In this document: positions 9,509 to 17,865 of the stretch, one piece after another
How positions within the stretch are numbered: the stretch's first letter is position 1
How the letters are laid out: every line of letters starts with the position of its first letter
Assembly: GCA_964603945.1 (NCBI GenBank)
Contig: CAZRWP010000004.1
Span: 12,979-76,978 of the forward strand
DNA length: 64,000 nucleotides
Direction of reading: 5' to 3'
Origin: an uncultured Pseudomonadales bacterium
Lineage (GTDB): Bacteria; Patescibacteriota; Microgenomatia; UBA1400; UBA1396
Notes under the pieces: generated by a model
What the model saw: only the letters and a program-made list of their open reading frames with translations
Told to the model about the DNA's origin: nothing
Databases searched by the model: none
Translations under genes and position numbers: made by a program

Positions 9509-10630
9509 CTAACTCAATTGATCTAACTTCTGACAAACTAATTCAGCCGACTTAGTCCAATCAAACTTTTTGGACTCGGTTTGCAATTGCTCAAGCCAAG
9601 CTTGCTTTTGCTGATCCGATTCCTGCCAAACCCGCAGTATAGTTTCGCCAATATCAACAGCCTTATTTGGGTCAAACCGTAAATCACGAACAGGCACTAC
9701 CTCTGGCAAAGATGACACGTCCGACACAACCGGCAAAGTGCCAAGCTGGATCGCCTCAAGCGGCGGCAAACCAAAACCTTCATATAAACCAGGTAACACC
9801 AACATTTCAGCGGACTGAACCAAGGCTTGCTTTTCCAGATCATTAACGAACCCTAATTGTCGTATGTGCTCCTTGACTGGGCTACTTTCCAGCGCCGTCA
9901 TAGTTTCTTCGGCTTGCCAGCCAATTTTCCCAGCCAAAACTAATTCTCCAGAAAATCCGTGTTCTCTCAGCCAGGCAAAACCTGAAATTAATCGCTCTAA
10001 ATTTTTACGCGGCTGAATAGTCCCGACGAATAATAAATATGGCTCATTTAGTTTAAATTTTTCTAGCTGTGCTGAGATTTCCGCCACCGACATCGACTTA
10101 ACCGGCTTTACGGCTGGATAGATTACCGATATTTTTTCTGGTGGCTGATGGTACAGAGCAATCAAATCCTGTTTAGTCGCCTCGGAGATCGAAAATAAGT
10201 GCCTGGCTTGTCTGACTCCCCAGCGTGTAAATAGTTTTAACTGATATAAATCAGATCGGCGAAAATAGCCGGGAAACTTCTCAAACGCCAGATCCATAAT
10301 GGTGGAAACCAGGGGAACAGGCGCTATGCTTGGCAAATAATGGCCTGGTGAAAAAAACAAATCCACTTGTCGCCGGTGCCATAGTTCCAAGGGTAGGCGC
10401 CATTGTCCCCAAAAGGGTTGGTGTGGAACCACTTGATATTGCCAACCTGGTCTAGCTGGTGGCAGGTCATCTAACGGCGGTCGACTTAGATAAACCACCA
10501 CTTCAAATAACGAATTTTTCTGTAGATATTTCTCAATTGCTAGTATCAACTCATAAGCAAAGACATTACTACCCACTCGCTCTGAAATGTTGGCCTCGTT
10601 GCCGTCAATCCCAATCACCTTCGCTGACAT
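9509..10630 (-). CDS. Glycosyltransferase family 4 (GT-B)
   Basis: C-terminal EGFGLPPLEA motif typical of GT4 retaining glycosyltransferases. Confidence 0.75.
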   Translation of the reverse strand: MSAKVIGIDGNEANISERVGSNVFAYELILAIEKYLQKNSLFEVVVYLSRPPLDDLPPARPGWQYQVVPHQPFWGQWRLPLELWHRRQVDLFFSPGHYLPSIAPVPLVSTIMDLAFEKFPGYFRRSDLYQLKLFTRWGVRQARHLFSISEATKQDLIALYHQPPEKISVIYPAVKPVKSMSVAEISAQLEKFKLNEPYLLFVGTIQPRKNLERLISGFAWLREHGFSGELVLAGKIGWQAEETMTALESSPVKEHIRQLGFVNDLEKQALVQSAEMLVLPGLYEGFGLPPLEAIQLGTLPVVSDVSSLPEVVPVRDLRFDPNKAVDIGETILRVWQESDQQKQAWLEQLQTESKKFDWTKSAELVCQKLDQLS

Positions 10631-10739
10631 TAATCTCCTTATAAATATATCTGGTTTTTATTTGTTATTTGGCTTTAATTATAGTTTTCACGGTCTTTTC
10701 ATTAATTTCACAGTTGTTTCACCGTCAGTAACTACTTTC

Positions 10740-11858
10740 TTAAACTCCTGACTCATCAGCTGACATTTGATAGACAGCCATTGTTTGTTTAGCTGTATCA
10801 TCCCAACGGAACTGCTCCAAAACTTGACGCATATCCTGCTGTCTTTTCTGACGGGCTTTAGTATCCACGTCCTCAATCGACAAAATTGCCTCCGCAATTT
10901 CAGCTGGATTAGTTGGGTCCACTAGCCTGGCTGGCTGACCTGCGATCTCTGACATAGAAGATGTATTTGAAGTTATTACCGGACAACCATGAAAATAAGC
11001 CTCTAAAATTGGCAACCCAAACCCTTCATATAAACTTGGGTAAACTAAGACCTGGGCGGTTCGGTATAACGCGGCCAGTTTTTCATCTGGTATGTACCCC
11101 AAAACATGCATGCCAGGCTTAACCCTAAACTCGTCCCAACCAATACTGCCAGCAATCACCAAGTCAAAGTCGTCTTTTACACTTTCCCAGGCTGAGATAA
11201 TCGTAGTCAAATTTTTTCGGGGCTCTGTGGTCCCTACAAATAGCAAAAACGGCTTAGGGAACTCAATTTGCGTCATTGTTAACAATTCATCACTTGGCAC
11301 GATTTCTGACTCTACAGGCAGGCTTTCGTACACCACATGAACTCTCGACTCCTCAATTCTGGTTAATTTGAGAATATCCTGCTTGGTCGTTTGGGAAACA
11401 GCGATAACTCTGATGTGTTGATTTTTCTCTAATTCCTCAAGTAAACGGTCATAATGGCTAACTACTGAGGGATGCGCCGTCTCAGGAAATAACTTGTAAG
11501 CCAAATCATGAACCGTCACCACCATTGGCAGGTTTTTGAGGGGCGGAAGTTGCCACTCCCAAGCGTGAAACACATCAATTTGGGCATTTACTGGCCGAGG
11601 CCGTCCGACTGTCTTCCACAAACGCTCGGTCATCGACACCGAAATAGGCCAGGCTTTAGTCTTTACATTGGCTGGCAATTCTCCCAGCCACCTTTTGAGC
11701 TGTCGATACTGCCCCTGACTATAGCCAAAGGCTGTGAGCTCTAAATTCCGCAGTTCCGCCAGGTTAAGAACCAGATTACTGGTATAGCGGGATACTCCCC
11801 GACCATAAGGAACAGCTGACACATCAATCATGACTTTCAAAGGTTGATTATCATTCAT
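10740..11858 (-). CDS. Glycosyltransferase family 4 (GT-B)
   Basis: EGFGLPILEAYFHGCPVITS GT4 motif. Confidence 0.75.
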   Translation of the reverse strand: MNDNQPLKVMIDVSAVPYGRGVSRYTSNLVLNLAELRNLELTAFGYSQGQYRQLKRWLGELPANVKTKAWPISVSMTERLWKTVGRPRPVNAQIDVFHAWEWQLPPLKNLPMVVTVHDLAYKLFPETAHPSVVSHYDRLLEELEKNQHIRVIAVSQTTKQDILKLTRIEESRVHVVYESLPVESEIVPSDELLTMTQIEFPKPFLLFVGTTEPRKNLTTIISAWESVKDDFDLVIAGSIGWDEFRVKPGMHVLGYIPDEKLAALYRTAQVLVYPSLYEGFGLPILEAYFHGCPVITSNTSSMSEIAGQPARLVDPTNPAEIAEAILSIEDVDTKARQKRQQDMRQVLEQFRWDDTAKQTMAVYQMSADESGV

Positions 11859-13471
11859 AGCTTAGTTCCTGAGCTAAATTCCTGATAAACATAGTTTGTT
11901 TTTGAGTTAAGTTCCTGACGGGCATAGAGTCTCTTCTGGTAGTATAGCCGGATAAAACCCAGGTTTGGATAGTCCAGCACATCCATCAGCTGATAACCCT
12001 TAGATTCCAGACCTTTAGACACAAAATGGGCTGGATCACTTAAATCCAGTAAATAATCAAATAAAATCACGTTTTCTGCCTGGGGTAAGTCACTCAAAGC
12101 CTGCAAGGCTGATTCTGGCGAGGTTAATGGCTTGAAGCCTGTCGTATGAGTAGGCAGATTTTTCTGCTGATACCACTCCCAAGGTGCAAAAGGCGCGTCA
12201 AAGCCAAACACCACAACTGTGTCATTAGGCTGGTAGCGAGCTTCAAGGTTAGAAATGGCTGATCGCCAGTTTTCTCTCTGCAGAGCGGGGTCTTGCCAAT
12301 ACTTCGCTAAACTGAATAAATTCAGCCCCAAGGCATAGATCACCAACAGTCCCGCTAGCCAATGCTTTTGGCGTGTTACTAGGCCGATCACCCAGTACAT
12401 TAGCGGCAGAAGGAAGAGGACGCGTTTGGGTGAAATTACCGGTGTCCAAAAGGAAAACAGCCAACTGGTGGCTAAAGTCAAAACAAGCAGGCTCAGCAAA
12501 GTCAAAAGTTGCTTCTTAGCACTCTCGGCACTACTCTGCCAATATTTTATACCCAAATAAAAGACGAATATACAGGGCAAAATAACCATTACTGCATCAG
12601 ACCAAACTAGATCTATCGGTAACATACCTACCCAAAATTTCGCCACTGTGAGAGGTAGAGCCTTTGCCTGGGTCAGACTTACCACCTTCTCCCAATCCGG
12701 CACCATGGTTCTTAACGCCGAACTGGCGGCCAGTTGGGACAACAGACCCGGCAACCAAATCAGCCAAGCTAGGCCGGTTAGGACGACCGATTTTGAGATT
12801 AACCAGGCTCGGCGCCTTCCCACCAGCCATGAAGTAAGAACCTGCGCCACAATGAAAAATAAATAGACATAGGAGGTTAAGCCACCAGCCAAATTAGCTA
12901 AGGTCAAGCTAATGAAAGCGGTGCGTTTTGATAGCTGAGGCCAGCTTGATTTCGTGGAGAGTAAAGATTTTAAGCCATCCTGAGGAAATAAAATTGACCA
13001 ATAACTTGCCATCGCTAGTGAGCTCCAAAACACAGCCAACATGTATGGACGAAGTTCCTGGGAGAAAAATACGTGTAATGACGAAGTAGCTAACAGAAAA
13101 CCTACAATTACGCCCGTCCGCCGGCCTTGCCATCGCCAAGCTAAAGCGGAAAATATCATCACGGAACCCAGTCCGCTCAACAGTGATACCGATCTCAGCC
13201 ACCACTCCTGGTGGCCGATATACTGCCAAAGATGCAAAATTAGGTGAAATAAGGGTGGTTGGAAGTCGGCGGCGATATTTAATTGTTCACGCCATGGCCG
13301 GATGACTTCTAGGGCTTGAGCGGCTTCGTCAAGCCAAAATGAGTCAGTTAGCAGAGGCAAGCGTAAAAATAAGGCAAAAATGGCTAATATGCCTAGCCAG
13401 GCTGACAGACTTTGCTGTTTAAGACCGGTGTCTATAAATCTGACTAGCTTTTTCTGGACATTTTTAAGCAT
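11855..13471 (-). CDS. Polytopic membrane GT-C glycosyltransferase (ArnT / PMT_2 / GT39-83-like)
   Basis: More than 10 predicted transmembrane helices. The first loop carries FWLDEAAQ (a DE motif characteristic of ArnT/PMT-like GT-C enzymes). It has 4-8 nt overlaps with the neighbouring genes, which suggests an operon. Confidence 0.65.
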   Translation of the reverse strand: MLKNVQKKLVRFIDTGLKQQSLSAWLGILAIFALFLRLPLLTDSFWLDEAAQALEVIRPWREQLNIAADFQPPLFHLILHLWQYIGHQEWWLRSVSLLSGLGSVMIFSALAWRWQGRRTGVIVGFLLATSSLHVFFSQELRPYMLAVFWSSLAMASYWSILFPQDGLKSLLSTKSSWPQLSKRTAFISLTLANLAGGLTSYVYLFFIVAQVLTSWLVGRRRAWLISKSVVLTGLAWLIWLPGLLSQLAASSALRTMVPDWEKVVSLTQAKALPLTVAKFWVGMLPIDLVWSDAVMVILPCIFVFYLGIKYWQSSAESAKKQLLTLLSLLVLTLATSWLFSFWTPVISPKRVLFLLPLMYWVIGLVTRQKHWLAGLLVIYALGLNLFSLAKYWQDPALQRENWRSAISNLEARYQPNDTVVVFGFDAPFAPWEWYQQKNLPTHTTGFKPLTSPESALQALSDLPQAENVILFDYLLDLSDPAHFVSKGLESKGYQLMDVLDYPNLGFIRLYYQKRLYARQELNSKTNYVYQEFSSGTKL

Positions 13472-14447
13472 GATTATCCCGGAAATAGGCCATGGTGGCC
13501 GTTAAACCTTCCCTGAGCTCAACTTTTGGCTCCCACTGTAGTATCCGCCTGGCCTTGGAAATATCTGGGCGCCGGTGGGTGGGATCATCAGTAGGAAGCT
13601 CACTATATTGCTTTTCAAGCTCCTGCCCTGCTAATTCTTCAAATACTTCCGCTAACTCAAACATCGTAAATTCATTAGGATTGCCCAAATTAATTGTTTC
13701 ACCGGCTAAATCTGGATGTTCCATAAATGACTTAAGACCGCTCACCAGATCATCAACATAACAAAAACTACGTGATTGTTCGCCTGTACCGAAAATCGTC
13801 AGTGGTTCACCAGTGAGCAAACTCTGGAAAAAGCTGGGAATTACCCGGCCATCAGTAATATCCATCTGGGGACCATAAGTATTGAAGATCCGAACTAGGC
13901 GGATATCGGCGCCGGTTTGCCTCTGCCACACACCACAAATTGTCTCGCCCAGGCGTTTGCCCTCGTCATAACAGGACCGGATGCCATTTGGATTGACATT
14001 ACCCCAATATGATTCCGGCTGAGGGGAAATTAGCGGATCACCATAAACTTCAGAAGTCGAGGCAAATAGTAGTCGAGTTTCGTGCTGGCTGGCATACTCG
14101 GCTAGGTAATGGGTCACAAATGAATTAACCTGATACGTCATTACCGGATATGCCTGATAGCGTGGCGGACTGGCCGGCGAGGCGAAATGGGCAATTAAGC
14201 TGAACGGCTGGTCGTGCTGATTGGTTAAGAATTCTGTTAGCCAGGCAATGTCGGTCAAATCATTCTCTAGAAATGTTAAGCGAGAATCAGTTAGAAAGGG
14301 TTCGATGTTTTGGCGCTGTCCAGTTAGCAGGTTGTCGATAACGACAATTTCCCCAAGTTCTGGCTGAGCCAAAAACATTGCCAAAAGATGCGAGCCGATA
14401 AAACCGGCTCCGCCTGTTAATAAAACGCGCTGATAAACATTCACCAT
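13464..14447 (-). CDS. NAD-dependent epimerase/dehydratase of the extended SDR family, UDP-glucuronate decarboxylase (UXS/ArnA-C)-like
   Basis: Rossmann motif LLTGGAGFIGSHL and the catalytic YxxxK within SCYDEGKR. Length and motifs resemble UDP-xylose synthase. Confidence 0.75.
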   Translation of the reverse strand: MVNVYQRVLLTGGAGFIGSHLLAMFLAQPELGEIVVIDNLLTGQRQNIEPFLTDSRLTFLENDLTDIAWLTEFLTNQHDQPFSLIAHFASPASPPRYQAYPVMTYQVNSFVTHYLAEYASQHETRLLFASTSEVYGDPLISPQPESYWGNVNPNGIRSCYDEGKRLGETICGVWQRQTGADIRLVRIFNTYGPQMDITDGRVIPSFFQSLLTGEPLTIFGTGEQSRSFCYVDDLVSGLKSFMEHPDLAGETINLGNPNEFTMFELAEVFEELAGQELEKQYSELPTDDPTHRRPDISKARRILQWEPKVELREGLTATMAYFRDNHA

Positions 14448-14493
14448 TTGTTTATCTTAGCAGGGAAGAAAGAGGTCGTGCCAGGCTCTTAAG

Positions 14494-14583
14494 AAAGGAT
14501 CATCCTTGCCCACTCTCTTGCCTGGAAGGATCATCCTAGGATGATCCTTCTTGAGGAAACTAAGGGCAAGGATGATCCTTTCT
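14494..14583. repeat. Nested-palindrome intergenic repeat, copy 2
   Basis: aaggatcatccttgcccactctcttgcctggaaggatcatcctaggatgatccttcttgaggaaactaagggcaaggatgatcctt. It lies 47 bp upstream of the UXS-like gene start, and on the other side it is upstream of yqeY. Confidence 0.8.
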
Positions 14584-14626
14584 TACAAACTTCCGCCTCC
14601 CTAACTAAACTTGCTACAATACCCTC

Positions 14627-15067
14627 ATGAATCCAACCCAAAAACTGTCAGAAGAAATCAAAAATGCCATGCGTGCCCGTGACCAAGTTCGCTTGGATAC
14701 GCTCCGCTATCTCAGCGCGCAAATCAAAAACGCGGAAATCGATAAGGGACTCAACGCCACTCTCACTGAGGATGAATTCATCAAAGTCGTGCAAAAGCAA
14801 GTCAAAAACAGCGAAGAAGCCATTGAGCAATATCGACAAGGTAATCGTCAGGATCTGGTAGATAGTGAGCAAGTTAAGATTGAAATTATGAAAGAGTTTT
14901 TACCGCAACCTCTGTCAGAAGAAGAACTCAAGCAAATAATCAATGAACTTAAAGCCGAGAATCCTAATCTAGCCATTGGGCCGTTGACCGGTCTGGTTAT
15001 GAAAGCGGTGGCTGGACGCGCCGATGGCCGTCAGGTGTCAGCTTTAATCCGCCAACTTGAAGAGTAA
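14627..15067 (+). CDS. GatB/YqeY domain protein
   Basis: MNPTQKLSEEIKNAMRARDQVRLDTLRYLSAQIKNAEIDKG matches the YqeY family. Confidence 0.85.
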   Translation: MNPTQKLSEEIKNAMRARDQVRLDTLRYLSAQIKNAEIDKGLNATLTEDEFIKVVQKQVKNSEEAIEQYRQGNRQDLVDSEQVKIEIMKEFLPQPLSEEELKQIINELKAENPNLAIGPLTGLVMKAVAGRADGRQVSALIRQLEE

Positions 15068-15180
15068 TCTGCTCTGCTAGTAATCCGCCGGCTAGAAGAG
15101 AGATTTAATCAGCTTATAGATCGCCAACTTGAAGAGTAATTTATCCCCTTAAAGAGTGATCTAAACCCTCTAACAAGAAC

Positions 15181-16185
15181 TTAATCCGCTACCTTACAGC
15201 CAGGTACTAAGTCGCCAAAACCAGCCTCGGCTAATTCTTTACTAATTACAATTTCCGGAACCTTGGCCTTTTTGGCTTCTAAAAGCGGAATACCTAAGCC
15301 TTCGCCAAGAGATAAAAACAAAAATACTTTAGCTTGAGCTAATAACCGCCACTTTAATCGCTCGTCGACAAACCCCAACCATTTAACTTGTCGATTAATT
15401 CCCAATTTCCAGGCCAGTAGTTGGTATTTCCATTGCTCTAACTTGCTCAGCCGGCAAATGACAATTAGTGAATAATTTTTCTTTTTATACCTTCGGGCAA
15501 AATATTTAAGCGTGCCGGCTAAGTTTTTGCGCCACTCACCGCCACTTATCGTCACCACATATCGGCCATTACTAATTTCACGCCACCACTTCAGATCAAC
15601 TTCACGCGATGGCTGGATCCATTTGTCGGACAAGCCAAATTTGAGCACCGTAATTTTTTTGTCTGGAATTTTCAATCTCTCTACTAATTGTGTTTTGGTA
15701 AATGGTGAGATAGCCAACAACTCATCTAGCAAAGGCAATTTTTTAATTCGTTCCTGATAGACCAATTGTTCCTCATCTGTCCATTTATTCAATATTTCCT
15801 CAGGAAATTGTAGTGGCAATAAATCAAAAACAACTGCTGAGCCGGACAAATCCAGCTCTTTAATTATCGGCAAAAAATCCAACATTGAATATGGCCGCTC
15901 AAAAGGTGAACTCAAAAACACGGTTGAAATCTTTTTTTCCGTCAAATAACGGCTCAGCAGTTCTCGTTGTCGAGGTTTAGACTCAGCAAAATCAAAAATC
16001 AGTGAATAACCGCCATATTTGGCTAATAGTTCGTTTACCAGGCGGTCAGGTGCTGATTTCGGCACCAACCAGATTCGCTCTTCGCGTTTAACTTCAAATT
16101 CTTCCTTAAAAAAATAATCTAAATATCGGCCTATGCCGCGTTCGCGATTACCGCCGAAATACCACAATCCATCAATTAAAATCAT
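15181..16185 (-). CDS. GT4-like glycosyltransferase (degenerate)
   Basis: C-terminal SLGEGLGIPLLEAKKAKVP resembles the GT4 E-x7-E region. The N-terminus is unlike known families. Confidence 0.45.
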   Translation of the reverse strand: MILIDGLWYFGGNRERGIGRYLDYFFKEEFEVKREERIWLVPKSAPDRLVNELLAKYGGYSLIFDFAESKPRQRELLSRYLTEKKISTVFLSSPFERPYSMLDFLPIIKELDLSGSAVVFDLLPLQFPEEILNKWTDEEQLVYQERIKKLPLLDELLAISPFTKTQLVERLKIPDKKITVLKFGLSDKWIQPSREVDLKWWREISNGRYVVTISGGEWRKNLAGTLKYFARRYKKKNYSLIVICRLSKLEQWKYQLLAWKLGINRQVKWLGFVDERLKWRLLAQAKVFLFLSLGEGLGIPLLEAKKAKVPEIVISKELAEAGFGDLVPGCKVAD

Positions 16186-16238
16186 AAATCAATAACTTTT
16201 GTGTTGTGGTTCTATTGTGGCTGTTTGAGCAGAGTTGT

Positions 16239-16919
16239 TCAAGTCCGCTTGCTTTTTTTCTCAAGAAATTTGAGACCTGAGTCATTTTTTCGTTGTTTAT
16301 AGATATAGCCGACAAACAGCGCTACCAAGACTAATAATATGACATAGCCAATTTTTTCCTGAGCTTCAATACCTTCATTAAGTGATTCCAAAGCGTCGAC
16401 GCTAGTAAAGCCCAGATACAGATACATCATATTGCGAACCAGTGTGCCGAAAAACGTTGAGACAATGTAAGTTCGTTTATTGAGCTTAATCAGACCACAG
16501 ACGATTGAGACCGGCGCGGTGGGCATGATCGGCACGGCGCGCAGCAAAAACAATACGATGTCGTCGCGGCGACCATGATTCAATTGTTTACCGATAATTT
16601 CCACTTCCCGGTGCGATACGCCTAGATATTTGCCAAATTTACCTAGAACAAAATCTTCACCTTTGTCTGAAACCGCATAAACCAAATAGCTACCCAGCGT
16701 CTTGCCGACTGCGCCAATCAAGGCCAACCAGATTAAATACATCCAAGTACTATTTTGGGCGGCGGCTATTGAACCAGCCAGCGTCATAACAAACGGCGAA
16801 GGGATTGGTGCAATTACTTCCTCAACAAAGGCGCCGATAAAAGTAAACCAAGGGGCTGGCATTAACTGGGCTAACTGGTTCAGCAGATCAATAAATACCT
16901 GTAATAATTGCGATAGCAT
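16239..16919 (-). CDS. DedA/TVP38-family membrane protein
   Basis: FTFIGAFVEEVIAPIPSP re-entrant motif typical of DedA. Multiple transmembrane helices. Confidence 0.65.
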   Translation of the reverse strand: MLSQLLQVFIDLLNQLAQLMPAPWFTFIGAFVEEVIAPIPSPFVMTLAGSIAAAQNSTWMYLIWLALIGAVGKTLGSYLVYAVSDKGEDFVLGKFGKYLGVSHREVEIIGKQLNHGRRDDIVLFLLRAVPIMPTAPVSIVCGLIKLNKRTYIVSTFFGTLVRNMMYLYLGFTSVDALESLNEGIEAQEKIGYVILLVLVALFVGYIYKQRKNDSGLKFLEKKSKRT

Positions 16920-17054
16920 ATGTTGGTTACTATAGCGGAAACGGAGGGTAAGAGTCTATGGTGGGAAATTTCCAGGCTAATGCAATACTTTTAGTTCATA
17001 TCAAGTTGAATGATCTAGTATAATACCCTTGATATAACATAAGAAAGAGCAATC

Positions 17055-17588
17055 ATGCCTAATGAGAATCTATCTCCTAATTCAGCAACTCTCTCACCAA
17101 AAGAGGAAAAAAGAATACAAATGGATAAGCTAATTACGTTAAAATTCGAATTGGTTAAAGCTTTTGATGTTCTTCTTAAACGCTGGATCGAACTTAATGT
17201 TACTCCGGGCATGGATCCTAAAGCACTTTACAATCAATTTTTGATGGAAAGTAAAGGAATCTTCTCTAATGGCAATGCTATTTTTAACTCCATCGAAATG
17301 GCAACAAAAACATCATCACCTAATGTGGAAGATACGAATTCCGAAGAAGAAGAACAAATGGACGAACTAACTTCGTTAAAGCTTAAAGTGGAGAAATCTT
17401 TTGATACTTTTCTTAGGCACTGGATCAAACTTAATGTTACTCCGGGAATGGATCCTGAATCACTTTACAAGCAATTTTTGATGGAAAACAATGCAATTTT
17501 CCCTGCAGACTTTGCAATTAATTACTCTATTGAACTGGCAACAAAAACATCATCACCTGATACAGAAGATACGACTTCCGAAAAATAA
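17055..17588 (+). CDS. Hypothetical protein made of two tandem copies of a roughly 85-aa unit
   Basis: Unit 1 (…LKRWIELNVTPGMDPKALYNQFLMES…ATKTSSPNVEDTNSEEEE) and unit 2 (…LRHWIKLNVTPGMDPESLYKQFLMEN…ATKTSSPDTEDTTSEK) are also nearly identical at the DNA level. A TATAAT lies at 17019-17024. Confidence 0.5.
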   Translation: MPNENLSPNSATLSPKEEKRIQMDKLITLKFELVKAFDVLLKRWIELNVTPGMDPKALYNQFLMESKGIFSNGNAIFNSIEMATKTSSPNVEDTNSEEEEQMDELTSLKLKVEKSFDTFLRHWIKLNVTPGMDPESLYKQFLMENNAIFPADFAINYSIELATKTSSPDTEDTTSEK

Positions 17589-17606
17589 GTAGCAATTAAT
17601 TTATAT

Positions 17607-17618
17607 GATGACTGGACT
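17607..17618. repeat. Putative attL: 12-bp direct repeat (gatgactggact) of the tRNA-Pro 3' end at 28175-28186
   Basis: Exact 12-mer shared with the tRNA-Pro 3' end. The flanking bases are also similar (tgatgactggactaacc versus ggatgactggactcgaacc). It is followed by an 8-bp inverted repeat, cctgattg(N17)caatcagg. Confidence 0.45.
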
Positions 17619-17736
17619 AACCTGATTGCTCGCTTCCACTCACAATCAGGCACTAGGGTAGCCTCACATGGATTTTATGAAATGTATGCTAGGCCCCGTC
17701 GGAACCAATAGTTTCGCTCCAACGTACCTAAACCAT

Positions 17737-17765
17737 TAAAAAAACCAGCCAAGCGGCTGGTTTTC
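17737..17765. terminator. Bidirectional intrinsic terminator between convergent genes
   Basis: A-run (aaaaaa), the hairpin aaccagcc-aagc-ggctggtt, then tttt. On the minus strand this gives a stem followed by TTTTTT, lying downstream of the restriction-modification gene. On the plus strand it follows the tandem-repeat gene. Confidence 0.6.
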
Positions 17766-17865
17766 AATGGTCGGATTTGTGGAACAAAATTATAACCGAG
17801 TTCCAGATCAATAATCCTATAAATAATTATGTTTTTAAACCATAATAATTAGATCGACACACTGC

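Noticed and set aside
17607-17618. The 12-bp tRNA-Pro repeat as a chance match
   Set aside because: This was considered. A specific 12-mer is expected by chance less than 0.01 times in 64 kb. The repeat sits exactly at the compositional boundary with flanking similarity, so it is kept as a moderate-confidence att site rather than dismissed.
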